A stretch of DNA of 64,000 nt from Myxococcota bacterium (lineage in GTDB: Bacteria; Myxococcota_A; UBA9160; UBA4427). Position 1 is the stretch's first letter; each line of letters starts with the position of its first letter. Where the stretch lies: contig JAYZFK010000034.1 of NCBI GenBank assembly GCA_036336835.1, positions 43,777 to 107,776 on the forward strand. The letters are read 5' to 3'. Shown here in pieces: positions 19,228-29,976 of the stretch. A program made the translations under genes and the position numbers. Under the pieces are notes generated by a model. It searched no databases. It saw only the letters and a list, made by a program, of their open reading frames with translations, and was not told where the DNA came from.

Positions 19228-20195
19228 TCGCGCTCGTCACCGGCGGGGCCGGCTTCATCGGCTCCCACCTGACCGACCGCCTGCTCGACGAAGGCCACGA
19301 GGTCTGGGCACTCGACGACCTCTCGACCGGTGCAATGAGCAATATCGACCACTTGTCCGGGAACTCTCGATTTCACTTTCAACTTGGATCGGTCGCGGAC
19401 CAGGCGATCGTGGGCGAGCTGACGGATCGAGCCGACGTCGTGTTCCACCTGGCGGCCGCAGTCGGCGTGAAGCTCATCGTCAGCAATCCCGTCCGCACGA
19501 TCGAGACCAACGTGCACGGTACCGAGGTCGTGCTGAAGGCGGCCGCCAAGAAGGCCAAGCTCGTCGTGCTGGCGTCGAGCTCCGAGGTGTACGGCAAGAG
19601 CACGCAGATCCCGTTCTCCGAAGGGGGAGACCTGCTGCTCGGTCCGACCACGCACAGCCGCTGGGGCTACGCCTGCTCGAAAGCGATGGACGAGTACCTC
19701 GCCCTGGCCTACCGCCGCGAGTTCGATCTGCCCGTCATCATCACGCGCCTGTTCAACACGGTGGGCCCCCGCCAGACCGGACGCTACGGAATGGTGCTGC
19801 CGACCTTCGTGCAACAGGGACTGAGCTCGGAGGACATCACCGTCTACGGGTCCGGGGACCAGCGGCGCTGCTTCGGCGACGTCTACGCGGTCGTCGAATC
19901 GCTGGTGCGGCTGGTCGGCTTCGCGGAAGCCCGCGGCGAGGTGTTCAACGTCGGCTGCGACCGCGAGCTGAGCATCCGCGAGCTGGCCGAGCTCGTCCGA
20001 TCGATGACTGGCGGCTCGTCCCGGATCGTCACCGTCCCCTACGACGAGGCCTACGAGGAAGGCTTCGAGGACCTCGGACGGCGCGTGCCCGATGTCTCGA
20101 AGCTGCACGCCGCGATCGGCTTTCACCCGGACACGCCGATCGAGCGGATCGTCCAGAACGTGATCGACTTCGCGCGCCGCAGCGGTGAGGCTTGA
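19224..20195 (+). CDS. NAD-dependent nucleotide-sugar epimerase/dehydratase/decarboxylase (extended SDR, ArnA-decarboxylase-like)
   Basis: VTGGAGFIGSHL, HLAAAVG, ASSSEVYG, RWGYACSK (YxxxK) and RLFNTVGPRQ. Confidence 0.88.
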   Translation: MIALVTGGAGFIGSHLTDRLLDEGHEVWALDDLSTGAMSNIDHLSGNSRFHFQLGSVADQAIVGELTDRADVVFHLAAAVGVKLIVSNPVRTIETNVHGTEVVLKAAAKKAKLVVLASSSEVYGKSTQIPFSEGGDLLLGPTTHSRWGYACSKAMDEYLALAYRREFDLPVIITRLFNTVGPRQTGRYGMVLPTFVQQGLSSEDITVYGSGDQRRCFGDVYAVVESLVRLVGFAEARGEVFNVGCDRELSIRELAELVRSMTGGSSRIVTVPYDEAYEEGFEDLGRRVPDVSKLHAAIGFHPDTPIERIVQNVIDFARRSGEA

Positions 20196-20991
20196 ACGCG
20201 CCGTGTGGGTGCTCACCTATCACTCGATCTCGCAGGGCCCGCGGCCACTGTGCATCGCTCGCGACCGCTTCGCAGCCCAGCTCGACGGGCTGCTCGACGC
20301 GGGCTGGCAGCCGGTGCCGGTGGGCGAGATCTTCTCCCGGGCCGCTCCCGACCGCCCCGCCCGCCCGCGCTTTGCCGTGAGCTTCGACGACGGCTACCGG
20401 GACTTTGCGCACACTGCGTTTCCCGTGCTCGAGCAGCGGGGCATTCCGGCGACCCTGTTCGTGCCCGCGGCCGTCGAGCGCACGCAGCTCCCGGGCGGGC
20501 TCGAGGGCCGCGCGCTGCTCGATCCGAGCGAGCTGCGAGATCTGGCCGCGCGAGGGGTCGAGATCGGAGCGCACGGGATCGACCACCAGGATCTCACTCG
20601 CCTCGACGACGGAGCGCTCGCCCGCGAGCTCCGTGTGGGCCGCGAACGACTCTGCGAGTGGATCGGCCGCCCGGTGCGCTATCTCGCTTATCCGTTCGGG
20701 GCCTTCGACGCTCGCGTCCTCGCGACCGCCGGCAGCGCCTATGCGGGCGCCTTCACGACGCAGCTCGGCGCGGTGCCGCCCGTACCTCACCCCCACGCCG
20801 TCCCGCGTATCGACGCCTACTACCTCGACGATCCGAGGCTGGTGCGCGCGGCTCGGCGCGGGAACGCCGCTCGATACCTGATGGCCCGCCGCTGGCTCCG
20901 ACGACTTCGCGGCAGCGAGCCGCGCCGCCCGATCCCGACAGCACCGGCCGCGCATCGGCGGGCTGTCGGCAGAGCGCCCGCATGGCGCTGA
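20185..20991 (+). CDS. Polysaccharide deacetylase (NodB/CE4) family protein
   Basis: [23 protein letters not shown] and LAYPFG. Confidence 0.9.
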   Translation: MRLERAVWVLTYHSISQGPRPLCIARDRFAAQLDGLLDAGWQPVPVGEIFSRAAPDRPARPRFAVSFDDGYRDFAHTAFPVLEQRGIPATLFVPAAVERTQLPGGLEGRALLDPSELRDLAARGVEIGAHGIDHQDLTRLDDGALARELRVGRERLCEWIGRPVRYLAYPFGAFDARVLATAGSAYAGAFTTQLGAVPPVPHPHAVPRIDAYYLDDPRLVRAARRGNAARYLMARRWLRRLRGSEPRRPIPTAPAAHRRAVGRAPAWR

Positions 20992-22142
20992 ATCTGGCAC
21001 AGCGCGCCGCGCGCCACGCGCGCTTGTCGGCCCGCGCAGCCGGCCTGACCGATGTCGGCACGCCGCCGTTCCTGATCTTCTTCATCAACTCGATCTGCAA
21101 CTTGAAGTGCGAGCACTGCTTCGTCTGGGACCGGCTCAATCAACGCGACGATCTGAGCTTCGACGAGATCGTGGCGCTGTCCGAAGACCTGGGACCGGTC
21201 GAGAACCTCAACCTCTCCGGCGGCGAGCCCTTCATGCGCGAGGACTTTGCGCAGGTGTGCGAGCAGTTCATCACGTGCAACGGCGTCAAGCAGATCTACG
21301 TGCCGACCAACGGCTACTACACCGAGAGCACGGTCGCGGCCGTCGAGGCAGTGCTCGCAAACCCGACGCTCGACCTGTTGGTGCTCGAGTTCTCGCTCGA
21401 CGGCATGCCCGAGTTCCACGACCGATTCCGCGGGAATCCCCGCTCGTTCGCGAAGGCGATGGAGACGATCGACGCCGTCTCGACGCTGCAACGGCGCGAC
21501 CCCCGCCTGCGCATCCATTCGATCGCCACCGCGACCGCGGACAATCTGGAGGAAATCCGCCAGCTCACGACATACCTGTTCGAACGACACCCGGCCATGG
21601 ACCACCAGAACATCGCCATCATCCGGGGGGACCGGAAGAACCCCTCGCTCCAGGGCCCCGCGCTCGACGCATACCTGGATCTCGACCGCTATGCGAAGCG
21701 GCTGTGGGCCGGTCGAGAGCAGGCTCGCTTCGGCGCGGTCGTCGACCCGATGCTCACCTGGGCCAAGGTGCGCACCGCGCGGGAGCGACGCCAGGTGATT
21801 CCGTGCAAGGCGGGCATCCTGTCGGCCGTCGTCTACGCCAATGGCGACGTGGGCGTGTGCGAGACGCTGGCCAGCCACCCGGTCCTCGGCAACCTGCGCG
21901 AGCGCAGCTTCCGCGAGATCTGGTACTCGCCCGAGGCGGTGGAGGCACGCCGCAAGATCGCGTGCAAGGAGTGCCACTGCACGAACGAGGTCTTCCTGTG
22001 GCCGAGTGTCGTCTTCCAGCCGTTCCAGCTGGCGCGTGCGCTGGCGGGAGCCCGCACCTGGCAGACCCTGGAGCCGCTGCGAGAAGACGAGCGCGCCGCC
22101 GTCGCGATCGGCGAGGATGGACTGCCCGAGCCGCCCACGTGA
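20982..22142 (+). CDS. Radical SAM protein with a C-terminal SPASM/twitch-type domain
   Basis: CNLKCEHC (CxxxCxxC), LSGGEPF, PTNG and SLDG. C-terminal CKAG...GDVGVC...LGNL...IW...CKECHC. Confidence 0.9.
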   Translation: MALNLAQRAARHARLSARAAGLTDVGTPPFLIFFINSICNLKCEHCFVWDRLNQRDDLSFDEIVALSEDLGPVENLNLSGGEPFMREDFAQVCEQFITCNGVKQIYVPTNGYYTESTVAAVEAVLANPTLDLLVLEFSLDGMPEFHDRFRGNPRSFAKAMETIDAVSTLQRRDPRLRIHSIATATADNLEEIRQLTTYLFERHPAMDHQNIAIIRGDRKNPSLQGPALDAYLDLDRYAKRLWAGREQARFGAVVDPMLTWAKVRTARERRQVIPCKAGILSAVVYANGDVGVCETLASHPVLGNLRERSFREIWYSPEAVEARRKIACKECHCTNEVFLWPSVVFQPFQLARALAGARTWQTLEPLREDERAAVAIGEDGLPEPPT

Positions 22143-23578
22143 GCCCTTCCTTCCGCGTCGAACGGATCGTCCGCAGCTACGCCTGGATCGCCGGCGCCGA
22201 GATCCTCTCCAAGGGGATGGGCTTCGTCGCCTTCGCGGTGCTCGCGCGCGTCCTCGCCCCGCCGGCCTACGGCGTGCTGGAACTCGCAGTCGCCGTGTCG
22301 ATGGTCGCTTTGCTGTTCGTCGATTTCGGACTGGGCCCGACTGCTGCGCGCACGATGACGACCGATCCCGAACGCGCAGACTCGATGACTGGAAGCGTCC
22401 CAGCGATTCGTCTCGGCCTCGCACTAGTGTCCCTGCTGCTCGCGATCGGACTCGGACCCCTGCTCGCAACGACGCCGGATGGGCGCACGCTGATCGTGCT
22501 CTACACGGCGGCTCTGCTGTTTGCGCCCTGGATCCTGGACTGGGTGTTCCAGGGCCTCGATCGCACGGCCTGGGTGGCGCCAGCACAGCTGCTGCGAATG
22601 AGCGTGTTCCTCGCTGGCGTCGTGCTCTGGATCGACGGTCCGCAACAGCTGGTGCGCGTCGGCGCAATCGAGATCGCGAGCTTCGCGACACTCGCTATCT
22701 ACTATGTGCTGGCCTCGCGATCCCATGGACAGCGGCCGGCGCTGCGGCCCGACGCCGCGAGCGTCCGCGAGCTGATACGAGAATCGGCGCCGGTCGGCGC
22801 GGGCCAGCTGCTGTGGGTGCTCAATCAGTACCTCCCGACCTTCGTCGTCGCCGGCTGGCTCGCCGGCCCGGAGCTCGCCTATTACGGGGCCGCGCACCGG
22901 ATCGTGTTCGGGCTGGGCAGCTTCGTCTTCCTCTACTTCTTCACGCTCTACCCCGCGCTGGTCCGCGCGACCCACGAACGACGCGACGAGTTCGTTCCGC
23001 TGGTCACGCTGTCGATGCGCGCGACGGCGTGGCTCGGCGGACTGGGCGCGATCGCGGGGACGCTGCTGGCCGCGCCGGTCAGCGCACTCGCGTTCGGCGC
23101 CGAGTTCGGGCCTACCGGCCCGCTGCTGGCGGTACTGGTCTGGGCACTGCCGATCCACCTGATCTCCGGGCACGCGCGTTTCGCGCTGATCGCCGCCGGA
23201 GAGGCCCGAGCCCAGATGCAGGCGCAGGCCTTCGGCGTCGCCGTCACCGCCGTCGGATGTGCAACGCTGGTCCCCCGGCTCGGTGCACTGGGCGCTGCCA
23301 TCGCATTGCTCGCCGCCGCAACGGGGGTCTGGGCCTGGGCCCACATCGCGACCCGCCGCCGGGTGGGACCGCTCCCCGGGCTCGCGCCCCTCGGGCGACC
23401 CGCCGCCGCCGTCGCCGTCAGCCTGCTCGCCGCGACCAGCCTGCCAACCGAGTCGACCTGGCTGCGCGCAGCCGTCGGCACCGGATCGTTCGCGGCGGTC
23501 GGGCTGTGGAGCGAACGGCACGCGCTCACGGCGCTCGCGGCGTTGCTTCGCGGTGAGCCGCGCGAGCAGGCGCCGTGA
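22139..23578 (+). CDS. Wzx/MOP-superfamily oligosaccharide flippase
   Basis: About 14 TM segments. [22 protein letters not shown] and YYGAAHRI. Confidence 0.85.
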   Translation: MSPSFRVERIVRSYAWIAGAEILSKGMGFVAFAVLARVLAPPAYGVLELAVAVSMVALLFVDFGLGPTAARTMTTDPERADSMTGSVPAIRLGLALVSLLLAIGLGPLLATTPDGRTLIVLYTAALLFAPWILDWVFQGLDRTAWVAPAQLLRMSVFLAGVVLWIDGPQQLVRVGAIEIASFATLAIYYVLASRSHGQRPALRPDAASVRELIRESAPVGAGQLLWVLNQYLPTFVVAGWLAGPELAYYGAAHRIVFGLGSFVFLYFFTLYPALVRATHERRDEFVPLVTLSMRATAWLGGLGAIAGTLLAAPVSALAFGAEFGPTGPLLAVLVWALPIHLISGHARFALIAAGEARAQMQAQAFGVAVTAVGCATLVPRLGALGAAIALLAAATGVWAWAHIATRRRVGPLPGLAPLGRPAAAVAVSLLAATSLPTESTWLRAAVGTGSFAAVGLWSERHALTALAALLRGEPREQAP

Positions 23579-25089
23579 GATCGCGCGCACCGCGCCTCGG
23601 AACGGGCGCGCGCCTGCTGCTGACGGGGTGGGTCGTCTACACCCTGCACTTCGCGACCGATATCGCGCGCGAGCACTATCCCGCGTTCTCGCTCGCTGAA
23701 CGCGCGACGTTGCGCGTCGACCCGTACCTCGGACTTCACCCCGACCTGTTCGCGGTCCCCGGACGCGGCGCTTTCATCAACAACAACCCGGGGGCCTCGC
23801 TGCTCGGTGCGCTGCCCTACGCGGTAGCGCGGCCACTGGTCGATGTAGTGGCGGCACGAGCCATTGCAGACCGCTCCGACGGACCGCCGCCCGAATTCGC
23901 CGACCCGAGGCCGGATCGGCGCGAGTTCTTCGCCAGAGCCTACGCCCGGGGCCTCGACATCCGATTCGGACTCGCGGCCGGCGTGATCCAGGCCTTCGGC
24001 ACCGCGCCGCTGTCCGCGGCGATGCTCCTCGTCATGTACGCAGTGCTGTGCCGCTTCGGCTTCAGCGCGCGCGAGTCCATGTGGCTGGCTCTGATATACG
24101 GCTTCGCCACGCCGATCTTCTTTCGCGCGGCCTTCCTGAACCACAACCTGTTCGTGGCGCACGCGACGCTCGGCGGATTCGCCCTGTTGCAGCGTGCCGA
24201 TGGCATCGCGCGCGACCCGCGTCGTCTTGCCGCGGCCGGCGCGGTGACCGGCACCGGCCTGCTGTGCGACTACGCCGGCGCCGTACCGCTCGTCGCGCTG
24301 GGCATCTATGCGCTCGCCCGGCTGTGGAAGGCGCTGCCGGCTGGCCAGGCGATCTCGCGCTTCGGGGCAATGGTCGCCGGCGCGTGCGTCCCCGTCGGTG
24401 CTCTGCTCGCCTATCAAGCCTGGGCCTTCGGTCACCCGCTGCTCCCGGCGCAGCACTACATGCCGGCTACGCAGTACTCGGGTCAGGGCTGGAACGGGTT
24501 CGCCTGGCCCGCGCTGGACCTGCTGGCGCAGAACCTGCTCGACCCTCGCTTCGGGCTGCTCGCCTTCGGCCCGCTGCTCGGACTCGCCTTTGCGCAGCCG
24601 CTGCTCGGGAACCGCGACCGCTCGCGAATCCGCCCGCCCGAGCGCGCACTCGCGCTCGGGCTGTTCTTCGCGCTGCTCGTGTTCGCGAGCGCGAATCAGT
24701 ACGCCCGGCTGCAGTGGAACACGGGTTTCCGCATGCTGGCGCCGGCCGTACCGCTGCTCTTTGTGCTGTGTGCAGACGTGCTCACGCAGCTGCCGCGCCG
24801 GATCGCGATCGCCCTGGTCGGCCTTGCAGCCGCGCATTCGTGGTGTCTGGCGATGGTGCGCGCCGACGCGATCGCATCGATCGCGACCGTGCTGACGAGC
24901 GGACCGCGACTGCCCTGGCTCACCTCGGTCTGGCGCGCGGGCGGCAGCTACCTGCCGCTCGCGCCCGGACAGCTGTCCCCGAGCCTGCTCGCCGCACCCT
25001 TCCTCGCGCTCGGGGCCGCGCTGCTGGTCTGGATCTGGACTCGCGGATGGCCCGAGGGGCAACGACGAATCGAACGGGCGCAGGGATGA
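23575..25089 (+). CDS. Polytopic membrane protein, possible GT-C glycosyltransferase
   Basis: One N-terminal TM, a long external loop (DIARE...NNNPGAS), then about 10 TM segments. Translationally coupled within the glycan operon. Confidence 0.55.
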   Translation: MRSRAPRLGTGARLLLTGWVVYTLHFATDIAREHYPAFSLAERATLRVDPYLGLHPDLFAVPGRGAFINNNPGASLLGALPYAVARPLVDVVAARAIADRSDGPPPEFADPRPDRREFFARAYARGLDIRFGLAAGVIQAFGTAPLSAAMLLVMYAVLCRFGFSARESMWLALIYGFATPIFFRAAFLNHNLFVAHATLGGFALLQRADGIARDPRRLAAAGAVTGTGLLCDYAGAVPLVALGIYALARLWKALPAGQAISRFGAMVAGACVPVGALLAYQAWAFGHPLLPAQHYMPATQYSGQGWNGFAWPALDLLAQNLLDPRFGLLAFGPLLGLAFAQPLLGNRDRSRIRPPERALALGLFFALLVFASANQYARLQWNTGFRMLAPAVPLLFVLCADVLTQLPRRIAIALVGLAAAHSWCLAMVRADAIASIATVLTSGPRLPWLTSVWRAGGSYLPLAPGQLSPSLLAAPFLALGAALLVWIWTRGWPEGQRRIERAQG

Positions 25090-25156
25090 GCTGCGATCTA
25101 GCGCCGCAGCGGGCAACACGATGAACCATAATGCGGGCCGAGACCACGGGAGAGCC

Positions 25157-26044
25157 ATGCCGAGTGGAGCCGCGACCCGGGAAGGCGTCTGTATCGTCGT
25201 CCCGGCCTACGATGAAGAAGAGGCGATCGAGGCCTGCCTGCGCGAGCTGCGCGCAGTGATGGGTGAGCTCGATCGCGAGTCCGAGCTGATCGTCATCAAC
25301 GATGGCTCGACCGACCGCACGGCGGAACTCGCGCGAGCGGCCGGGGTGCGGGTGATCGATCTGCCCGAGAACCGCGGCTACGGCGCCGCGCTCAAGACGG
25401 GGATCGAAGCCGCCCGGTTCGAGACCATCGTCATCACCGACGCCGACGGCACCTATCCGGCCAAGGAGATCCCGGCCCTGCTCGAACGGGCCGAGCAGTA
25501 CGACATGGTGGTCGGAGCGCGAACGGGCGCGAACGTGGCGATTCCGTTCGCGCGGCGGCCGGCCAAGTGGTTCCTGACGAAGCTCGCGAGCTACCTCGCC
25601 GGCAGGCCGATTCCCGACCTCAACTCGGGGATGCGCGTACTGAAGCGCCGGCACGTACAGCGTTTCGAGCACGTGCTGCCCTCCGGCTTCTCGTTCACCG
25701 CGTCGATCACGCTCGCGTCACTGTGCAGCGACCTGCTCGTCGCCTATCACCCGATCGACTACCTGGAGCGCACCGGGCAGAGCAAGATCCGGGCGGCGCA
25801 TGCGCTCGAGTTCACGATCCTGGTCCTGCGTACGATCGTCTACTTCAACCCGCTGAAGGTCTTCCTTCCGCTCGGGGCCGTGTTCTTCGCCGGCGGCACG
25901 GCAAAGTTCATCTACGACCTGTTCATCGGGAATCTGTCGGAGACCGCCGTGCTCGGCTTCCTCGGCGGGACGCTGCTCTGGGCGGTCGGCCTGCTATCGG
26001 ACCAGATCGCGCGCGCCGGCCTCGGTGGGGGACGCCGGAGTTGA
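25157..26044 (+). CDS. GT2 polyprenyl-phosphate glycosyltransferase (DPM1/GtrB/ArnC-like)
   Basis: VVPAYDEE, INDGSTD, NRGYGAALKTG, TDADGTY, DMVVGAR and DLNSGMR, with two C-terminal TM helices. Confidence 0.88.
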   Translation: MPSGAATREGVCIVVPAYDEEEAIEACLRELRAVMGELDRESELIVINDGSTDRTAELARAAGVRVIDLPENRGYGAALKTGIEAARFETIVITDADGTYPAKEIPALLERAEQYDMVVGARTGANVAIPFARRPAKWFLTKLASYLAGRPIPDLNSGMRVLKRRHVQRFEHVLPSGFSFTASITLASLCSDLLVAYHPIDYLERTGQSKIRAAHALEFTILVLRTIVYFNPLKVFLPLGAVFFAGGTAKFIYDLFIGNLSETAVLGFLGGTLLWAVGLLSDQIARAGLGGGRRS

Positions 26045-27036
26045 CCCCGGCCTCCCCGCTTCGCCAGGCGCTCGCCCGGCCGAAGCCCTGGCGAGCGTTC
26101 GCACTGCGCAGCGCCATGACCCTCGGCGCGCTCGCGGTCGTGGTCGCGATTGCGTCGCCGAGCGCCCTGCTCGACGCGCTCGGACGCGCCCCCCTCACCG
26201 TGTGGCTCGCCACCGCGGGCGGCCTGGCAGCAGGACACGCCGTCGCAGCGATGAAATGGCGGCAGCTGCTGGGCGCCGTGGGCGCGCACTGCACACCGCT
26301 GCAGGCGCTGCGAGCGCATGGCGCCGGATTGTTCGCGAACCTGCTGCTGCCCTCGCTCGTCGGGGGCGACATCGTCCGCGCCGCCGCGCTCACGCGCGGC
26401 GGTCACGCAGCCGCCGTGGCGACTGGCAGCATCGCCGACCGTCTGATCGATACGCTGGCCCTCGCGCTGCTGGCAGCGCTGGGCGCGATCGTCATCCAGC
26501 CGGTTCGGACCTGGCACTGGCTGGCGATCGCAGGGGTCGCGGCGAGCGTCCTGGTGGGACCGGCGATCGCCTTGCGTCTGCTGCGCGGTGCACCCCTCGC
26601 TCGGCTGCCACCGCGACTGGCCGAGCTGGCGATACGCCTGCGCGACGCGGCGCTGCGACTGGCCGAAGCACCCGGCACCGCGGCCGCGGCGCTCGGCCTC
26701 TCGCTCGCCGTCCAGCTCGCGTTCGTGTGGCTGAACGCGCGGCTGGGCAGCGCGCTCGGCATTCAGGCTTCGTTCGGCGTGTGGCTGCTGTGCTGGCCGC
26801 TCGCAAAACTCGTCGCGCTGCTCCCGATCAGCCTGGGCGGTCTGGGCGTGCGCGAGGCAGCGCTGGCTGGGCTGCTCGGCGGCTTCGGCGTCCCGGCGGC
26901 GCTGGCCGTCGGACAATCGCTGCTCTGGCAGGTGGCGCTGATCGCGGTCGGAAGTCTCGCGGGTGCGCTCGCGCTCGTCACCGCCACGGGCGATCGTACT
27001 GCCGCCTCGCCTGGCAACGGAGACACGACGCATTGA
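26041..27036 (+). CDS. Lysylphosphatidylglycerol-synthase-TM (AglD2/MprF flippase-like) membrane protein
   Basis: KWRQLL, NLLLPSLVGGDIVR, IADRLID and LPISLGGLGVRE. The TTG start overlaps the upstream stop. Confidence 0.85.
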   Translation: MTPASPLRQALARPKPWRAFALRSAMTLGALAVVVAIASPSALLDALGRAPLTVWLATAGGLAAGHAVAAMKWRQLLGAVGAHCTPLQALRAHGAGLFANLLLPSLVGGDIVRAAALTRGGHAAAVATGSIADRLIDTLALALLAALGAIVIQPVRTWHWLAIAGVAASVLVGPAIALRLLRGAPLARLPPRLAELAIRLRDAALRLAEAPGTAAAALGLSLAVQLAFVWLNARLGSALGIQASFGVWLLCWPLAKLVALLPISLGGLGVREAALAGLLGGFGVPAALAVGQSLLWQVALIAVGSLAGALALVTATGDRTAASPGNGDTTH

Positions 27037-28436
27037 GTCGACGGGTCGCCATCCTCGGGGCGGGCCCCGCCGGACTCGCAGCAGCGCTGGGACTCGCGCG
27101 GCGCGGTTTCTCGGTCGATCTGGTCGAGAGTGGGACCCGTGTCGGCGGCAACGCGGGAAGCTTCGAGCTCGCAGGGCTGCGCGTCGACTATGGCAGCCAT
27201 CGACTGCACCCCGCCACCGACCCGGCGATCTTCGCCGAGATCCGCGAGCTGCTCGGAGACGATCTACTCGAGCGACCGCGGCACGGCCGCATCCATCTGC
27301 TCGGCCGTTTCCTCCACTTCCCGCTGCGACCGCTCGATCTGTTGCTACGCACGCCGCCCCGCTTCGCGTTCGGCGTAGCGAGCGACCTCGCGCGCAAGTG
27401 GGCGGCGCCCGCGGCCACGACGAGCGAGACTTTCGCGGGCGTGCTCGAACGCGGGCTCGGGCGAACCATCTGCCGCGACTTCTACTTCCCCTATGCCCGC
27501 AAGATCTGGGGACTCGAGCCCGACCAGATCTCGGCGACCCAGGCCCACAAACGCGTCGCCGCCGGCTCGATCGCAAAGCTCTTGCGGCGCCTGCTGCCGG
27601 GAGCCGGTCCAGGCGCCGCGACCGCAAAGGGCACCTTCTTCTATCCACGGGCGGGCTACGGACAGATCTCCGAAGCCTACGAGCGCGCCGCGCGCGAGGC
27701 CGGCGCGCGACTCCAGCTCGACAGCCGCGCGGTCCGCGTGGAGCGGCGAGCTGCTGGTGACTTTCGGATCGAGACCTCGTCCGCTTCGCTCGAGGCCGAC
27801 CGGGTCTGGTCGACGATCCCGAATGCCGTGCTCGTGCGCATCCTCGATCCCGCCGCGCCCGCCGAAGTCATCGCCGCTGCGAACGCGCTCGAGCTGCGGG
27901 CGATGCTGCTGGTCTATCTCGTGCTCGAGACCAGTCGCTTCAGTCAGTACGACGCCCACTACTTCCCGGCAGCCGAACTCCCGTTCACACGGGTGTCCGA
28001 GCCCAAGAACTACGCCGCGGCAAACCAGCCGAGCGGGCGAACCGTGCTGTGCGCCGAGATTCCTTGCGCAACCACCGATCCCGTCTGGACACTCGACGAC
28101 GCTGCGCTCGGCGAGCTGGTGAGCGAGGGCCTGGCGAGGGCAGGCCTGCCTGTCCGAGCGCCGATCGCAGAGGTCGCGACCCGCCGTCTGCCCGCCGCCT
28201 ATCCGGTCTATCGCAGCGGGTACGAACGGGCGCTCGGCGCGGTCGACGACCACATCACATCGCGCGAAGGCATTTTGAGCTTCGGGCGCCAGGGCCTGTT
28301 CGCGCACGACAACACCCACCACGCCCTGGCGATGGCGCGGGCCGCGGTCGAATGCCTGCGAGACGACGGGAGCTTCGACGCGAGCCGCTGGCGCGAGCAC
28401 CGCGCCGTCTTCGAGACACACGTGGTCGAGGACTGA
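27033..28436 (+). CDS. FAD-dependent oxidoreductase (protoporphyrinogen oxidase / UDP-galactopyranose mutase-like)
   Basis: VAILGAGPAGL, VGGNAGS, DYGSHR, PYARKIWG, RVSEPKN, AYPVY and GRQGLFAHDNTHH. Confidence 0.82.
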   Translation: MSRRVAILGAGPAGLAAALGLARRGFSVDLVESGTRVGGNAGSFELAGLRVDYGSHRLHPATDPAIFAEIRELLGDDLLERPRHGRIHLLGRFLHFPLRPLDLLLRTPPRFAFGVASDLARKWAAPAATTSETFAGVLERGLGRTICRDFYFPYARKIWGLEPDQISATQAHKRVAAGSIAKLLRRLLPGAGPGAATAKGTFFYPRAGYGQISEAYERAAREAGARLQLDSRAVRVERRAAGDFRIETSSASLEADRVWSTIPNAVLVRILDPAAPAEVIAAANALELRAMLLVYLVLETSRFSQYDAHYFPAAELPFTRVSEPKNYAAANQPSGRTVLCAEIPCATTDPVWTLDDAALGELVSEGLARAGLPVRAPIAEVATRRLPAAYPVYRSGYERALGAVDDHITSREGILSFGRQGLFAHDNTHHALAMARAAVECLRDDGSFDASRWREHRAVFETHVVED

Positions 28437-28525
28437 CTCCTCACGAAGCTCGGGGCACCGCGCTAGACTGCGCCGCCCTCACTGCCCGGCGTGCGGCCCT
28501 GCACTCGCGCCACGGAGGACACCCG

Positions 28526-28825
28526 ATGCCCGCCTACCTGATCGTCAACTACACGGTCGACGACCCCGAGCTGTACAACGAGTATTCCGCGGCCGCCGGC
28601 CCCGCGATGAAGATCGGCGAGGCCTGTGAGTTGCTCGCCTTCGATCCCGCGAGCGACCGGCTCGAGGGCGATACGGTGGGGCATCAGACGATCGTCTTGC
28701 AGTTCGAATCGAAGGAGCAGGCCAGGCAGGTCTACGAATCGGGTGCGTATCAGGCCGTGGTCGGCAAGCGTCTCGAGGCCACGTCGAACCATTTCGCGGT
28801 CCTGGCCAACGGCATCCCCGGCTAG
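28526..28825 (+). CDS. DUF1330-like small protein, 99 aa
   Basis: MPAYLIVNYTVDDPELYNEY...LEG...IVLQFESKEQARQVYESGAYQ. GGAGG RBS upstream. Confidence 0.8.
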   Translation: MPAYLIVNYTVDDPELYNEYSAAAGPAMKIGEACELLAFDPASDRLEGDTVGHQTIVLQFESKEQARQVYESGAYQAVVGKRLEATSNHFAVLANGIPG

Positions 28826-28880
28826 CAGACTGCCCCTGGACTCCGCGCGCCTCGCGGCCCGAGCTTCTCGAGGGAGTCTC

Positions 28881-28898
28881 GAGTCGGGCTCCCGACTC
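28881..28898. terminator. Short GC-rich hairpin between convergent genes, possible terminator
   Basis: GAGTCGG-gctc-CCGACTC. No clear U-tract. Confidence 0.3.
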
Positions 28899-28912
28899 TC
28901 GGGAACGAGAGT

Positions 28913-29566
28913 TCAGCGTCGCGCCGCTGACTCGCGCAGCCGAGCGACCCGACCGTAGATCACGGCCACTCCGAACGCCGCGATGAAGCCGTAGCCGAAT
29001 AGCGAGATCGCCCCGACGAGCGCGCCGAGCGGATCGGTCGCATAGCCTGGCAGGTAGTGCGCCAGCAGGGCGAGGTGCGGACTCGGATGGCCGCCGTAGC
29101 GCCACCACAGCCAGATCGTCGCCAGCACGAGTGCGATCGCAAACAGCGAAGCGCTGACTGCAGCAAAGGGCAGCGGGCGCAGCGAGACGACGCGGTGGAC
29201 CTCGCCCAGCTCGCCGCTCGCGCGTCGCTCGAGCATGCGAGCCGCACCGGTCAGGAACCACGGCCCGTACGCCCGACCGATACAGAAGCCGATCGCGTAG
29301 CCGCTGCAGGCGGCCCACAGGGCCCCGACGACCGCGCCCCAGAACGAAACTGCATAGCCCGGGAAGAAGTGGGCCAGCAGGCCGAGCATCTGCCCCGTCA
29401 TCGGACCGCCCTGCCAGTGCAGTACCAGGGTGGCCAGGAACAGCCCCGAGCCCGCGAGCAGCGCCAGCACGCCGCCCAACACGTGCGCGTTCAGCCGAAC
29501 CAGCGCAGCGGCCACCGCGTCGGCCCCGCGCGACGCCTTCGACGGATCCGACGGCGAAGCACCCAT
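28913..29566 (-). CDS. Hypothetical membrane protein with an internal duplication (two copies of a helical-hairpin domain), 217 aa
   Basis: The ATG overlaps the upstream TGA. Two repeats carry LAT..L..xGG...L..LAH(F/Y).PGY...GA.VGA. Confidence 0.7.
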   Translation of the reverse strand: MGASPSDPSKASRGADAVAAALVRLNAHVLGGVLALLAGSGLFLATLVLHWQGGPMTGQMLGLLAHFFPGYAVSFWGAVVGALWAACSGYAIGFCIGRAYGPWFLTGAARMLERRASGELGEVHRVVSLRPLPFAAVSASLFAIALVLATIWLWWRYGGHPSPHLALLAHYLPGYATDPLGALVGAISLFGYGFIAAFGVAVIYGRVARLRESAARR

Positions 29567-29976
29567 CACAGCTCCTGCAGCTCGCGCCGGATCTCGCGAG
29601 CGCGCTCGCGCCCGATCACCACGGCGACGAAGAGGCGGTGGTAGGAGTTCCACAGCCAGGCCAGCAAAGCGCCGACCACGAATCCGGCGATCGCGGCGTC
29701 GATCAGGCCGATCCCGACACCCGGCCAGCTCACGGTGTAGCTGGGCAGGAAGTGGCCGAGACGCTTCAAGTGGAATCCGACGAGCGAGCCGCCCTGCAGC
29801 AGCAGCGCTGCCGTCGCCAGCGCCAACCCGATGCCGGCGACGGCACCGGTAGCAATGCCGAGCGCCACCGAGTCGAGCTGCCCGAGGGAGCGCGCCATCA
29901 GCTCTCGCTCGCTCGGCGTCACCGAGTCGCGCCGCGAAACGGTCTCCTTACGCGTCTCACGCTCCGTCGCGGTCAA
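29566..29976 (-). CDS. Hypothetical membrane protein with one copy of the same domain as the downstream gene
   Basis: LALATAALLLQGG...HLKRLGHFLPSYTVSWPGVGIG. Start is uncertain (TTG 29976 or a later ATG). Confidence 0.7.
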   Translation of the reverse strand: MTATERETRKETVSRRDSVTPSERELMARSLGQLDSVALGIATGAVAGIGLALATAALLLQGGSLVGFHLKRLGHFLPSYTVSWPGVGIGLIDAAIAGFVVGALLAWLWNSYHRLFVAVVIGRERAREIRRELQEL

